Positions 8,525-19,225 of a stretch of DNA of 64,000 bases are shown here, piece by piece (within the stretch, counting starts at the first letter, position 1; every line of letters starts with the position of its first letter). The notes below the pieces were generated by a model. The model was not told the DNA's origin. It worked only from the letters and a program-made list of their open reading frames with translations, and ran no database searches. The translations under genes and the position numbers were made by a program. Source of the stretch: Rhodosorus marinus CCMP1338. Lineage: Eukaryota > Plantae > Rhodophyta. The stretch covers positions 1-64,000 of the forward strand of contig JAMWBK010000004.1 of the NCBI GenBank assembly GCA_029953675.1, read 5' to 3'.

Positions 8525-9424
8525 CTATACACCCACAAGTTCCTGGGTCTTCTCCCACAGGATCTTGTTGTTGGTGGCAGTCACATCCTTGCTTGCGATT
8601 TTTCCTGCTCGTGTGTTTCCCCCCATGTTCATAATGTTCGGTCCATACATTTTTGAAGCTCCAGTAGCGAGCACCTCGTCCGATGTTGCTGCGTACAGGG
8701 TGGAAATTGCACCTTTGTCAGGAGACTGCATCATGAACTCCATCCCCCTCCCAATCCTTGTCAGCGCGCTCGTTTCTGCCTTTCTCAGCAAATCCGATTT
8801 TACAACACCGGGTTGTACCACAAACGACCTTACTCCGTCCGCCCGCACGCGATTATCAAGCTCTTGCGCGAACATAATGTTGTACAGCTTGCTAGTCCCA
8901 TACACATCAAGACCGCTCTTCTCGTAGCTCCTTCCCGCCACATCATCTAGGTCGGCCTTTGACACGTTCGCCTGGAGTGGCGACACTGTGACCACCCTTG
9001 CAGGAGCCGACTTCTTCAGCGTGTCTAACAGTAGAATCGTTAGTAGGTACGTCCCCACATGGTTTGTCCCTAGCGTTACTTCATAGCCATCCACGGTCTT
9101 GGAATGTGGGACCACCCCTGCACCGGCGTTGTTGACGAGAAGGTGAAGCGGCAGTCCTTTCTCGATAAACGCGTTTGCAAACGATCTTATGCTATCCGAA
9201 TTCGCTAAATCCAGCTGCATGAACTCCACCTTGGCATCAGGCTTCATCTTCTTGAGCTCCGCTACTGCATCAAGTCCCTTCTTCGGGGTTCGCGACGCGA
9301 TGATAACGTGTGCGTTGTTAAGCACGAGGTACTTTGCGGTAGAGAACCCAATGCCGATATTCGATCCGGTAACAATCGCGACTTTCCCGCTCTGATCCGG
9401 TATCTTGTTGACATCGAAACCCAT
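8525..9424 (-). CDS. Short-chain dehydrogenase/reductase (retinol dehydrogenase/WWOX-like), ~299 aa, apparently intronless
   Basis: TGSNIGIG Rossmann motif, LVNNAG, YGTSK catalytic motif, QLDLA. Likely start MGFDVNKIPDQSGK at 9424. Confidence 0.9.
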   Translation of the reverse strand: MGFDVNKIPDQSGKVAIVTGSNIGIGFSTAKYLVLNNAHVIIASRTPKKGLDAVAELKKMKPDAKVEFMQLDLANSDSIRSFANAFIEKGLPLHLLVNNAGAGVVPHSKTVDGYEVTLGTNHVGTYLLTILLLDTLKKSAPARVVTVSPLQANVSKADLDDVAGRSYEKSGLDVYGTSKLYNIMFAQELDNRVRADGVRSFVVQPGVVKSDLLRKAETSALTRIGRGMEFMMQSPDKGAISTLYAATSDEVLATGASKMYGPNIMNMGGNTRAGKIASKDVTATNNKILWEKTQELVGV

Positions 9425-9579
9425 CTTCTCCCATATATATATCTGAATTTCCCCAAAAACTTTAATACAGTTGATCCGTACTCTGTATTGCTCTTGTCCG
9501 ATACGTTGTCCCCTCGCCAAGCCCCGGAAAAGCGCTCCACATCTTGAGCATTTGCCTTCAGGTACATGTGCTCCATAGA

Positions 9580-10256
9580 CATGAAGATTGTTTTTGCTCT
9601 TTTTGTGCAAAAAGGCAAAAAAACAATCTTCATGTTACGATTGCCCTTCCAGTCCTGCAATTGTTGATTATGAAAGTAGCCTTCCTGTTCATCAGATGAT
9701 GAACGGGAAAGTAATGGAAATTCTTTTCATATATGGACACGATTTCTCCCTTGATATTCATTTAATCCTGTCGTTTTGTATGGGGTGTTCCGGATATGAG
9801 GAGCTTTCATAAAGCAACATTTGCAGGACCGGAAGCGCAATCAACATGAATGATTAGATTCAATAGGAACTGGGCAAATCAACGGTTTCACCAGTTCCCA
9901 GAACGGAAGCAGGAAGAGGAAAACAAATTCTGTCGTACCAGAAGATGTTGGTGAGTTCGATACTTCAGCACCATCTTGATCCTGATAAAAGAGCAAAAAC
10001 AATCTTCATGTTCGATTGCGCTTCCGGTCCTGCAATTGTTGATTATAGAAAGTAGCTTTCCTGCTCATCAGACGATGAGCGGGAAAAAGTAATGGAAATT
10101 CAGTACATACTATAGACACTATTTCTCCACTTGAGCATCTATTTCATTTAATCCTGTCGTTTTGTATAGGTTTTTCCGGAATGAGGAGCTTTTTCTCATA
10201 AAAGAAAACTAACATTTGCAGGACCGGACGCTGCAATCAACACTGAAGATTGTTTT
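9580..10256. repeat. Two diverged ~240-bp foldback units (9620-9855, 9990-10256) plus an upstream hairpin; MITE-like or structured ncRNA
   Basis: Terminal arms CTTCCRGTCCTGCAA / TTGCAGGACCGGA are complementary. Internal 12-13-bp hairpin with a compensatory change between the copies. Confidence 0.6.
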
Positions 10257-10669
10257 TCAGCATAAACAGGATTCTCTCAGGTCTACAAACCCTTCCTCAA
10301 GAAGCGCTTCCTATTTAATTTAATCCCACAGATGGAGTACGATCCCCATCACACAAAACAAAATGCAAGTGGAACGTTCCGAAGACAGATATCTCGTTTA
10401 CGAAGAAAAAGTTTCTCCAATACAAAAATACATGGAGCTATATGAATATGTTTCATTTTAGTAAATGCTTCTCTAAAAATCCGTCGGAGATCTTTCACTT
10501 CGCGACAATTTTTCGGACGGTGGGGTGGGGGATCGGTGGTAAAATTATTCACTTGCCGTAAACTCGAATTTAACACTTTCTTTTCCCTATATATATTGTA
10601 AGAATTGGGTATCCGTTCACGTAAGTGGGGTACAACATTTGCTTTGCTAATAGAATTAGAGGTTTAAAT

Positions 10670-11190
10670 GGCTGACTTTATTAGCATATAGCCTGAAGCG
10701 CTACGCAAGGCGTGAAAAGGGTCTAAGAACTAGCTAGGGAAGCGTGCAAACCCAGGCGCCTATGGCGCGCCTGAGCAAGCATGCTGCTCAAGTAGGGCCA
10801 CAGAGAGACGCTTAAACCCCGCAAAGTTCCAAGTAACCACAAGCATCAATCCGACTCTCACATCCCTGACAGAAAGACGGCCGGATTAGAGTTCCACGGA
10901 GCTTGTGGCAAACCGAGGTAGATCCGTGCGGCAGAGCGGAACTGGAAGGCATCGAGACGGTGACCCAGTGACGATGGCAGCGTGGTTAACCACAAGTGCG
11001 ATAGATGGCCTCCCATGCCGCGGAGGCGAGCAGTGGTGGTAGGCGGTGTGAGGGGAGAGTTGAGCAAGATTGGGTGAACGGCACTGTGCTGGCCCCAGGT
11101 GAGGCTATGTTTAATCACATCAGTGCGTGAGCTCCACAATCGGCTCAGACCCGGGTAATCTGCAACGGGTGACCCGGGATTAGCTTTATG
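10670..11190 (-). mobile_element. Degenerate family F (dispersed RLE element) 3' fragment with internal deletion
   Basis: Matches the 3' UTR and HSLTWGQHSA/GMGGHLSHLWLT region of 54407-56520. Confidence 0.8.
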
Positions 11191-11819
11191 GAATTAGAAG
11201 AAGGAATTAAGCTGACCTTGCTCAGACGACGAAAGTTCTGCTCTTTTGTAAGAAATCATATTTGTAATAAATTCCTTCATGCCGTTGCTATGAGCCGAAA
11301 TCTCTGTAGTTTTCTCCGATTTTCTTCCGAAATTGCAATTTGTATTTTTGTGAGTTTTCTGTCTACTGTGTGCTGGCGGGGCAAATGTATATGCTTTATT
11401 TTTCGGTAGGGTCAGTAGTGACACCTAGTACAGGAAATAAAGTTACATTGGTTCGTCGGTTGTGTCAGTTCGAACTCTTTTCGCATGGCCAATGACGACG
11501 TTCAGGAGAAGGTCCGAAGGCAAGGTCCTTGAAGCTTAAGTTTCCCGAGTTCATTGCATTCCATTAAAATGTAGGACTGTCCGTCATCGTCGATCAATTT
11601 CGAATAGGAAACAGCTTAGTAAGTGTGGTCACACGGCATCGCTTCACGATCCCCAGTACCTTTTCGATAGGGCAAATCATCCTCTCCAAGAGCGGAAGGT
11701 CTTCAAGGTTGACGGTGATGGATCTCCAGGTTAAATCTAAGATACGTGCATAGGATAGTTATATTCTACACCTGGCGATCATTTCCTCGAAGTGGGGCCG
11801 AGGTTCTCTGTGACTAGAA

Positions 11820-12112
11820 GCATCGTAGCACATAGCACTGCCGGCGTGGAGACGGAACAGGTTCACCCCTCGGTGAAGTTGCTGCTTGCAAACCGTTTAC
11901 TTGTCGATACTGTATTTAATTTGCACGGAATATTAACAAAGAACCCCACAAGACAACGGAAAATTCACAGAGGCCTATACACCCACAAGTTCCTGGGTCT
12001 TCTCCCACAGGATCTTGTTGTTGAGTGGCAGTCACATCCTTGCTTGCGATCTTTCCTGCTCGTGTGTTTCCCATGTTCATAATGTTCGGTCCATACATTT
12101 TTGAAGCTCCAG
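11820..12112 (-). pseudogene. Partial duplicate of the SDR 3' end and downstream flank, cut off by telomeric repeats
   Basis: Near-identical to 8370-8664 with small indels; ends at CCAG|GGGTTACG. Confidence 0.85.
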
Positions 12113-12134
12113 GGGTTACGTTAGTCTGGGGTTA
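12112..12134. repeat. G-strand telomeric tract followed by an inverted C-strand unit (fold-back)
   Basis: GGGGTTACGTTAGTCTGGGG-TTA-CCCCAGACTA. Confidence 0.75.
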
Positions 12135-13833
12135 CCCCAGACTATACGCACCACGACTGGACACGCCGAGGGTGATTAACCTGGATATCCCTGAGATTCA
12201 AGTGACTCGCGCCGGGACTACGTTGTACTCCATACCAATTGGAACTCGGGTGTTTGCGGAAGAAGAATGTCGAGCTATTCAAACGCGACATGCGAACCTG
12301 GTCAAATCGATTCAGCGACTCCCCGATGCTGAACTCCAAGTCAAGCTGGCCCTCTTTCGGTACTGCGCAGGCACAAGGCTCGATTATCATACACGTGGGC
12401 TGGCGTACCCCCTTGGACGTACCGTTGCCCGCGAGGCGGACGCGATCACCCTCTCGGAGCTTGAAGGCTTGTGTGGAGGCCTATGTCAACACCAGGATAT
12501 CACCGCACGTAAGGCTGCAGCGGTTGAGAAACAGATTCGACTCCCATGTCGATGGGGAGGACTTGGCTTTGCCACGCGCACGAGAATTCAACCAGTTGCC
12601 TTCCATGCAGGGTGGAAACAAAGCCTGTAAGAGAACACCACTGAATCACGCTACCTCGAACGGCTTTCCCAGGAGTGTATTGCGGCAGCACAAGGAGAAT
12701 CGCTGCGACGGGTGCGACTTGGATGGACAACTGATGGAACTGATGGACTTGCTTGGCAACTGGTGGAGGCAAGTCGCGCAATTAGACGACGTTTGCCAGC
12801 GACGACCAGTGCACGGATCCAGAGGCTGGCCGATTGGCAACCGCTGGAGGACTCGGCGGAAGGCACAGCGGAAGACACAGGAGGTACCCAAAGGTTTGAC
12901 GGTCCGATCCAAAAAACGCTCTCTCGAGAGTGTCACCGACAAGCCTTTGAGGAGCTTACTGGAGATTCAACACTGGACGACCTAGACCGGGCGAGGATCC
13001 GATCGGCATCTGGAACGGGGTGCGGGGTCTGGCTACGCGACTGTCCTAGTACAGGGCCGCGGCAGTTGACGCGAAATGAGATGTTGTGGAGCATGCGGAT
13101 GCTTCTAGGGCTACCACTGCAAGGACTAGGGCGGTCACACACATGCACGGTCTGCGAGCAACCACACGATGTGCGTGGGATCCAGCGGCTGCACCACTGC
13201 AGGACCTCATCAGGGATGCGAACCAAGAGGCACGACGAGCTAAAGGTAGAACTGAGTCGATGGTTACACCTATGGAGTTTCACGGAGATACAAGTAGAGC
13301 CTGAGGGGTTCTTTGCCGGGTCTGGAATTCGCCCAGACATCGTTGCACGACACCCGACGAGCGGATGCGTGTACGTGGTGGATGTGATGGTGACATCGCC
13401 ACTTCAAAGGCATCAGTTGAGACATACGAGCTGGAACTGCGGGTATGCTGCGAAACAGGCCGAACAAGCGAAGGCGTTGCATTATAAGGAAGTGCTGAGG
13501 GGGCAAAACCGAGATGTGGTTCTTGTGCCGTTCATTTTTGAGACATTTGGTCGAATGGGCCAGGCAAGCCTTGAATTTCTTCGAACGGCGAGCGCGCACC
13601 TGCATGATCGTGACTCCCATCTATCGTCGGTGAGGGGTCAACTAAACCGCATTTTGTGGCAGCACAATGCTGCGCTTGTTGAACACGCGATCGAGAAAGA
13701 TCGCGCAGATAGACCGATATTTCCCCTAAGTAGAATTTAGATGAGACTCCTGGAGAGGGAGTCCAGGTTTGGTTAGTGCGTACGTAGTGATCGTGTGATG
13801 CGCTACATTAGGTAGCTGCCCAATAAAGGCTAC
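12135..13833 (+). mobile_element. Family C, 5'-truncated copy with one premature stop (TAA at 12628) and intact 3' UTR
   Basis: ORFs 12025..12630 and 12712..13740; knuckle CTVCEQPHDVRGIQRLHHC; IRPDIVARHP..VVDVMV. The 3' end AATAAAGGCTAC is joined to GGGGTTACG. Inverted near-identical copy at 25170-26675. Confidence 0.9.
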
Positions 13834-13857
13834 GGGGTTACGTTAGTCTGGGGTTAC

Positions 13858-14290
13858 CGGCTCTGACCCGCGCCCTTCGCAGTAGTCGACTCCTGCCGTT
13901 CACGAAGCCTAACAAGGGTTCAGTGCCGCAGGAGCATCCCGGAGTTCGCCCTATCGGAGTACCAGAAGTTTTGCGCAAGGTAGCAACGCAATGGACTCTT
14001 CACGCGGTTATGGACAGGGTGCGTGAGCTCCTGGGTGCCCATACAACTGGGTATTGGAGTAAGTGGCGGGTGCGAACGCTCCCTTCACGCGATCCAGGCC
14101 CATTTGTCATGCGAACCCGATTCGGTGGTCCTTCGCCTAGACCTTGAGAATGCCTTTAATCGCATCGACCGACGCCTTGCCAAGCAACTGGTGGACGAAC
14201 ACTTGCCGGAGCTCGCACCAGTGTATAGACTTGGATATGGAAGCGACAACGCGGACTCACCGACGCTCTGTGGCTGGCGAGCCCGTGATC
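13858..14290 (+). mobile_element. Internal RT fragment of a telomeric-type element following a telomeric tract (13834-13857)
   Basis: RPIGVPEVLRK, GVSGGCERSLHAIQAHL and LRLDLENAFNRIDR, with one frameshift. Confidence 0.8.
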
Positions 14291-14773
14291 CACGAGCCCC
14301 AAGCTGGAGGCAGGCTGCGCCACCAGTAGTTGAGTCTGGGACCGGCACAAAAGTGGGAAAGCAAGCAGGCCGATTCCAGTATGCTGTCGGGTAGGTGCTC
14401 AATGGCGTCGGTAAGTTGCTTGTGCCGTGCCAAAACTCGCTCGCAGGAAGCTTGGACAAAGTTGTCAGTCCCCAATCCGACGCCGTGGTGTTCGAACCCT
14501 TCACGTTCGCTGATTAGTCGCAGAGTGGGTGGCAGAGAGGCCAGCGACACGTCCCTCGGGGGGAGAAAGCGACATTTTTCTGTTTCCACAGTCAAAACCG
14601 ACGCGACGTGCAATCGCTTCGATCGCGGTCAGCCCCCGAGCCAGGGTGTCAGGGTGCCCAGCAATGTTACGTCATCGTGGTACGCGCAGATTCGAAGATC
14701 CGAGACCTCAGTCGAAAGACGTAAAAGTACGAGCTGTAGGGCACAGGCATGAAGAAGAGGTCCGCAAGGGTCG
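14290..14773 (-). mobile_element. Family F RT fragment (YHDD region)
   Basis: Near-identical to 55835-56335. Confidence 0.85.
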
Positions 14774-14925
14774 AGCTTAACTAGCTCTTCTATCCCTTGT
14801 CCTGTTCGAAATACTGCTGGAACTCTCAGGTTTAACGATAAGCGGAGGGATAGGGGCTAAAGCTTTCTAGACGCTTCTATAGATGCTTCACCATCTCCAC
14901 AGAACTGCTTCCCCATCTTGTCACC

Positions 14926-15016
14926 ATAGACTTTATTAGGCAGCTACCTACTGCAGGGCAATACCACTACTCTGTGTCGCGCTAAACTCTCACTTAGACC
15001 CCCTGTCCAGGGTCTC
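14926..15016 (-). mobile_element. Solo 3' UTR (~90 bp) of a C'-like telomeric element at a non-telomeric site
   Basis: Reverse complement GAGACCCTGGACAGGGGGTCTAAGTGAG...CTGCAGTAGGTAGCTGCCTAATAAAGTCTAT matches 18984-19074. Confidence 0.75.
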
Positions 15017-15269
15017 CGGTACAAAAACATTTTCACCCAAAAATATCTCCAGGATAGAATACAACCTGGACACGTTCAGCAAGAGTGGCACTCACGCACA
15101 CTAGACCCTTACTAAATATGACAGCTCCAAAGTTGCTCCCTGAAGACCCACTCTGGAACCTGCCCAGGTAAGAAGCTGAGATAACCTCCATTGAAGAACC
15201 TTTGAGCTTCCAAGCGCTAATTCTGTTCTCATCACCAGCACCAATGAAAATGTTTTTCTCGCTACGCCG

Positions 15270-17700
15270 TACCCGAATGAGTCTATTTACAATCAGAAAG
15301 GGCGGTTTTTGCTCCTCCTTTTGTTTTCTATTGACATTAAGCAGACGCGCCTTCTTTTGGGTTCATGGACTCTGTTGGTTCTCGCTGGCTTCGGGAGTTG
15401 TTCCGCGAACGCCCTGACCGTCTTCAATCGTTGTTTACCCGCTTAAGTTTCCTGCTGTGGCGCATGAATGCCGCTTTGATGTTGGAGGCGCGAGTACTTC
15501 GCCGCGCTTAGTCTTTTTTTCCCCTCGGGGTTTTTTTTTTCAGCCTCCGATTAAACCATTCGTTCGTTCTTCCAGAGATGTACCTCGTTCCGCCAATAGC
15601 AAATGACCTGAGTGATATACTGGTTAATAATAAGAAGATTCTGCGGCGTTCAAACGCCCAAATTTTCTAGCGTGATTCCAATGTCCGACTTGTCAGATAT
15701 CCCTCGTCCAACGCATCCCAGTCTTCGGAAAGCATCGCTTTACTTTAACCCCATACCACGTATCCTCGCAAAGATCGGCGACCTTTTGAGCGAGTATTGA
15801 AAAGCAAGATTGCTGAGCATCTTTTTTTTTATCGCTATTCCCTACACAAATGAGTCTATTTACCATCAGAAAGTGCGTTTAGGCAGCGTGCAGGTTGTAG
15901 TTACTTTGGTCATTGCTATTGGCGGAACGGGGTATATTTCTCCGTCAAGGAAGCACCGACTGGTTTCTGAGTAAGACGTATGAACACTGGGTGCTGGAGG
16001 TGAGCGATCTTAACGCACGTAAAAGCGTAGTTTTTTGCCACTCATTTTATTTTCTATTGAAATTAAGTAGGTGCGTCTTTCAGAAATGTACCTCGTTCCG
16101 CCAATAGCAAATGACCTGAGGGACTGTAGGCTCCACGCTTCGGAGACTTTCATACTAGTTAATAATAAAGAGATTCTACGGCGTCCAAACGCGCTAATTT
16201 TCTACCGTGACTCGAAGTCTATTAATAGACTTATTTGTCCGTGGCCACGCTAGAAACAGAAATTTAGTGGATGGAAGTAAAACCACCAGTTTTTTTGTTT
16301 GGGGCGGGGAGGGATGAACAGATTTGCTTTAGTATGAGGTACTTTTCCTTTTTCCTAGCGAACTCCTTATAGTTCCCGTATGTGATGACTGATTATGCGT
16401 TTCTTAACGATTAAACCATTCGTTCTTAACGCGAGCCTAAATGCCTCAGCGTTTTCTCATAATCACATCAGCTGATCTCAGCTTTATTTTTGCACTTTGT
16501 GTTGCAGTTTTTACAAAACTTCAGTAAACCCTATGCCCCAAGGAGCACTCAGCATACGATGGCAGAAGGCATAGTGACGCAAGGCTATGGATAAGTTCAT
16601 TAAAAACAATACATCGCGCCAGGAAATTGAGTAATTTGTATAATCTGGGACAGAAAAAAAAGCCCCGCGGTAAAAAAAGACTAGATCCCGTGAAGATTGC
16701 CAGGATCTAACAGCGAAACAGCGACACAGCAGGAAACTTCGACGGGTGAACAAAACGAGGGGAAACGGTCACGGCGTTCCCGGAACAACTCCCGAATCCA
16801 ACGAGAACCAGCGGAATCAATAAACCCAAAACATTCAATGACCAAAACAGGTATCAGGGCATGAGGAAAAGCCGAAGCTCGTATTCCAGCGGAAGATCAG
16901 GCCGCAGCATATTTCACTTCTTTGCGACGTCTCATCGTTGTCGCGGTGGTTCCACTGCGCTCTCCCGCAGCCGGTAAATAACGACTAGCCTGACGATTCG
17001 AGAATTAGAGCAAATCAGAAACTCCAAGTGGGAGAACCAAACTCTCCACCCGGTGAGCACTGATGGTTACAGTCAGGAGTTTTTGGCAGCGCGGAGGTTG
17101 CAGTCACTCAGGTTATTGCAGGAAACTTGGACGGGTAAACAACGAGGAGACACGGTCACGGCACTCGTGGAACAAATCCCGAATCCAACGAGAACCAACG
17201 GAGTTAATAAACCCAAAACACTCAATGACCAAAACAGGTATCAAGGTATGATGAAAAGCCGAAGCTCGTATTCCAGCGGAAGATCAGGCCCCCGCATATT
17301 TCACTTCTTTGCGACGTCTCATCGTTGCCGCGGTAGTTCCACTGCGCTCTCCCGCAGACGGTAAATAACCACTAGCCTCATGATTCGAGAATTACTCGCA
17401 TTTCTGAACAAATCAGAAACTCCAAATGCGAGACCAAACTCTCCACCCGGTGAGCACTGATGGTTATAGTCAATAGATTTTGACCGCGTGGAGGTTGTAG
17501 TCACTCAGGTCATTGTTATTGACGGAACGAGGTACACATAGTGCTCTCGCCATCTTGCAGGAATGCCCGCTCACAACGTCCACGGTCTTTGCGAGGATAT
17601 GTGATCTGGGGTTTTTTGTTTTTGTTATAAGTAAAGCGATGCTTGCTGAGGATTGGGATGTGTTGGTCGAGGGATATGTGACAAGTCGTACATTGCCAGA
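15270..17700. repeat. Mosaic of degenerate direct and inverted low-copy repeats
   Basis: 16740-17070 resembles 17130-17470 (direct). 15560-15620 resembles 16080-16120 and, inverted, 17500-17540. 15680-15790 is inverted at 17570-17700. 15480-15567 is inverted at 50335-50425. Confidence 0.65.
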
Positions 17701-17805
17701 AGCGGGGATTGTGATAAGAGCTCAGGTTGAATTTCGACGGGAGTAAACGAGCTTGTAGAAGGTCGGCCGAAGTTGTCTAATCCTTGCAGAGAGAGCGGAT
17801 TGAAC

Positions 17806-18291
17806 ATGATGAAGTTGAGCGCATTAATTCTTGTCGCCGTGCTAGGGTTCACGATGGCGGTTCCGCTGATCGAGAAAGTTCATCTTGCGGAGAAAAATCA
17901 GGCGGGCGTTCAGGTTGCCAGTCACAAATTCGTTCCGAGTGCTGGCCCGGCAACGGTCGTTCAGGGTGCGGAGCCGGCAACGGTCGTTCAGGGTACGGAG
18001 CCGGCAACGGTCGTTCAGGGTGCGGAGCCAGCAACGGTCGTTCAGGGTGCGGAGCCGGCAACGGTCGTTCAGGGTGCGGAGCCGGCAACGGTCGTTCAGG
18101 GTGCGGAGCCGGCAACGGTCGTTCAGGGTGCGGAGCCGGCAACGGTCGTTCAGGGTGCGGAGCCGGCAACGGTCGTTCAGAATGCGGAGCCGGGAGCTGC
18201 TCTCAGCACTACGATAACCATCTACTTTCCTAATAACAGCGCCCCTTCTGACCCTTTTTTATTTTTCGAAATTAGCATGAGACCCCGGTAG
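17806..18291 (+). CDS. Secreted protein with 9 x PATVVQGAE repeats; C-terminus supplied by a retroelement 3' end
   Basis: Signal-peptide-like MMKLSALILVAVLGFTMA. Ends ...FEISMRPR-stop, the ORF2 terminus shared with families A/E. Confidence 0.6.
   Translation: MMKLSALILVAVLGFTMAVPLIEKVHLAEKNQAGVQVASHKFVPSAGPATVVQGAEPATVVQGTEPATVVQGAEPATVVQGAEPATVVQGAEPATVVQGAEPATVVQGAEPATVVQGAEPATVVQNAEPGAALSTTITIYFPNNSAPSDPFLFFEISMRPR
17947..18189 (+). repeat. 27-bp coding minisatellite, 9 copies (CCGGCAACGGTCGTTCAGGGTGCGGAG)
   Basis: Direct inspection. Confidence 0.95.
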
Positions 18292-18371
18292 CGGGGTTAG
18301 CGTAGGTTTTTCCCTAGATAGTACTAGCACTAGTGATACGCTGCAGTAGGCAGCTGCCCAGTAAATTTTAC
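18245..18371 (+). mobile_element. Short 3'-terminal copy (A/E-type) followed by variant telomere unit GGTTATGTCAGTCTGGGG
   Basis: Contains ATGAGACCCCGGTAGCGGGGT, CCCTAGAT and GCTGC-AGTAG-GCAGC-TGCCC-AGTAAATTTTAC. The 5' boundary is approximate. Confidence 0.75.
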
Positions 18372-18389
18372 GGTTATGTCAGTCTGGGG

Positions 18390-19074
18390 TCTGCGAGCAA
18401 CCACACGATGTGCGTGGGATCCAGCGGCTGCACCACTGCAGGACGTCATCGGGGATGCGAACAAAGAGGCACGATGAGCTGAAAGTCGAACTGAGTCGAT
18501 GGCTACACTTATGCAGTTTCACAGAGATAGTAGTAGAGCCTCAGGGGTTCTTTGCTGGGTGCGGAATTCGACCCGATATGTATCTAGCACGGTACCCGAC
18601 GAGCGGTTGCGTGTACGTGGTGGACGTGATGGTAACATCGCCACTTCAAAGGCATCAGTTGAGACATACGAGCTGGAGTTGCGGGCATGCCGCGAAGCAA
18701 GCAGGACAAGCGAAGGCGTTGCATTATAAGGAAGTGATGACGGTGGAAAACCGAGACGTGGTTTTTGTGCCGTTCATTTTTGAAACTTTTGGTCGAATGG
18801 GCCAGGCAAGCCTTGAATTTCTTCGCATAGGGACGGCGCATCTGCATGATCGTGACTCCCATCTGTCGTCGGTGAGGGGTCAATTAAACCGGATCCTGTG
18901 GCAGCATAATGCTAGGCTAGTTGAGCATGCGATCGAGAAAGATCGCGCAGATAGAACAATGTTTCCCTTGAGTAGAACTAGATGAGACCCCTGGCGAGGG
19001 GGTCTAAGTGAGTTTAGAGCGAACATAGAGTAGTGGTGTTGCGCTGCGGTAGGTAGCTGCCGAATAAAGGCTAC
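18390..19074 (+). mobile_element. Family C' (diverged C subfamily), 5'-truncated, RLE and 3' UTR
   Basis: ORF 18410..18985 is homologous to the C copies. The 3' end AATAAAGGCTAC is joined to GGGGTTAC. Confidence 0.88.
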
Positions 19075-19082
19075 GGGGTTAC

Positions 19083-19217
19083 GGAGAATCCGCTGGTGCC
19101 TGTTTTTTCTTTTGAACGTAGCATGAGACCCCGGTAGCGGGGTTCCAGTAAGTTTCCCCCTAGATAGGATTAGACGTAGTGTTGCGCTGCAGTAGGCAGC
19201 TGCCCAGTAAAGCTTAC
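19083..19217 (+). mobile_element. Short 3'-terminal copy (A/E-type)
   Basis: Encodes ENPLVPVFSFERSMRPR-stop. The 3' end AGTAAAGCTTAC is joined to GGTTACGT. Confidence 0.8.
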
Positions 19218-19225
19218 GGTTACGT

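Noticed and set aside
9425-9610. 62-aa N-terminal extension of the SDR in the ORF track
   Set aside because: It runs into the foldback repeat and lacks SDR features; the ATG at 9424 gives a typical SDR start.
10060-10085. Hammerhead ribozyme core (CTGATGA...GAAA on the minus strand)
   Set aside because: No stem II can form between CTGATGA and GAAA, and the sister copy lacks GAAA.
11200-11820. Possible LRR-like coding remnant on the minus strand (WRSITVNLEDLPLLERMIC)
   Set aside because: Short, interrupted by stops, and no convincing repeat pattern.
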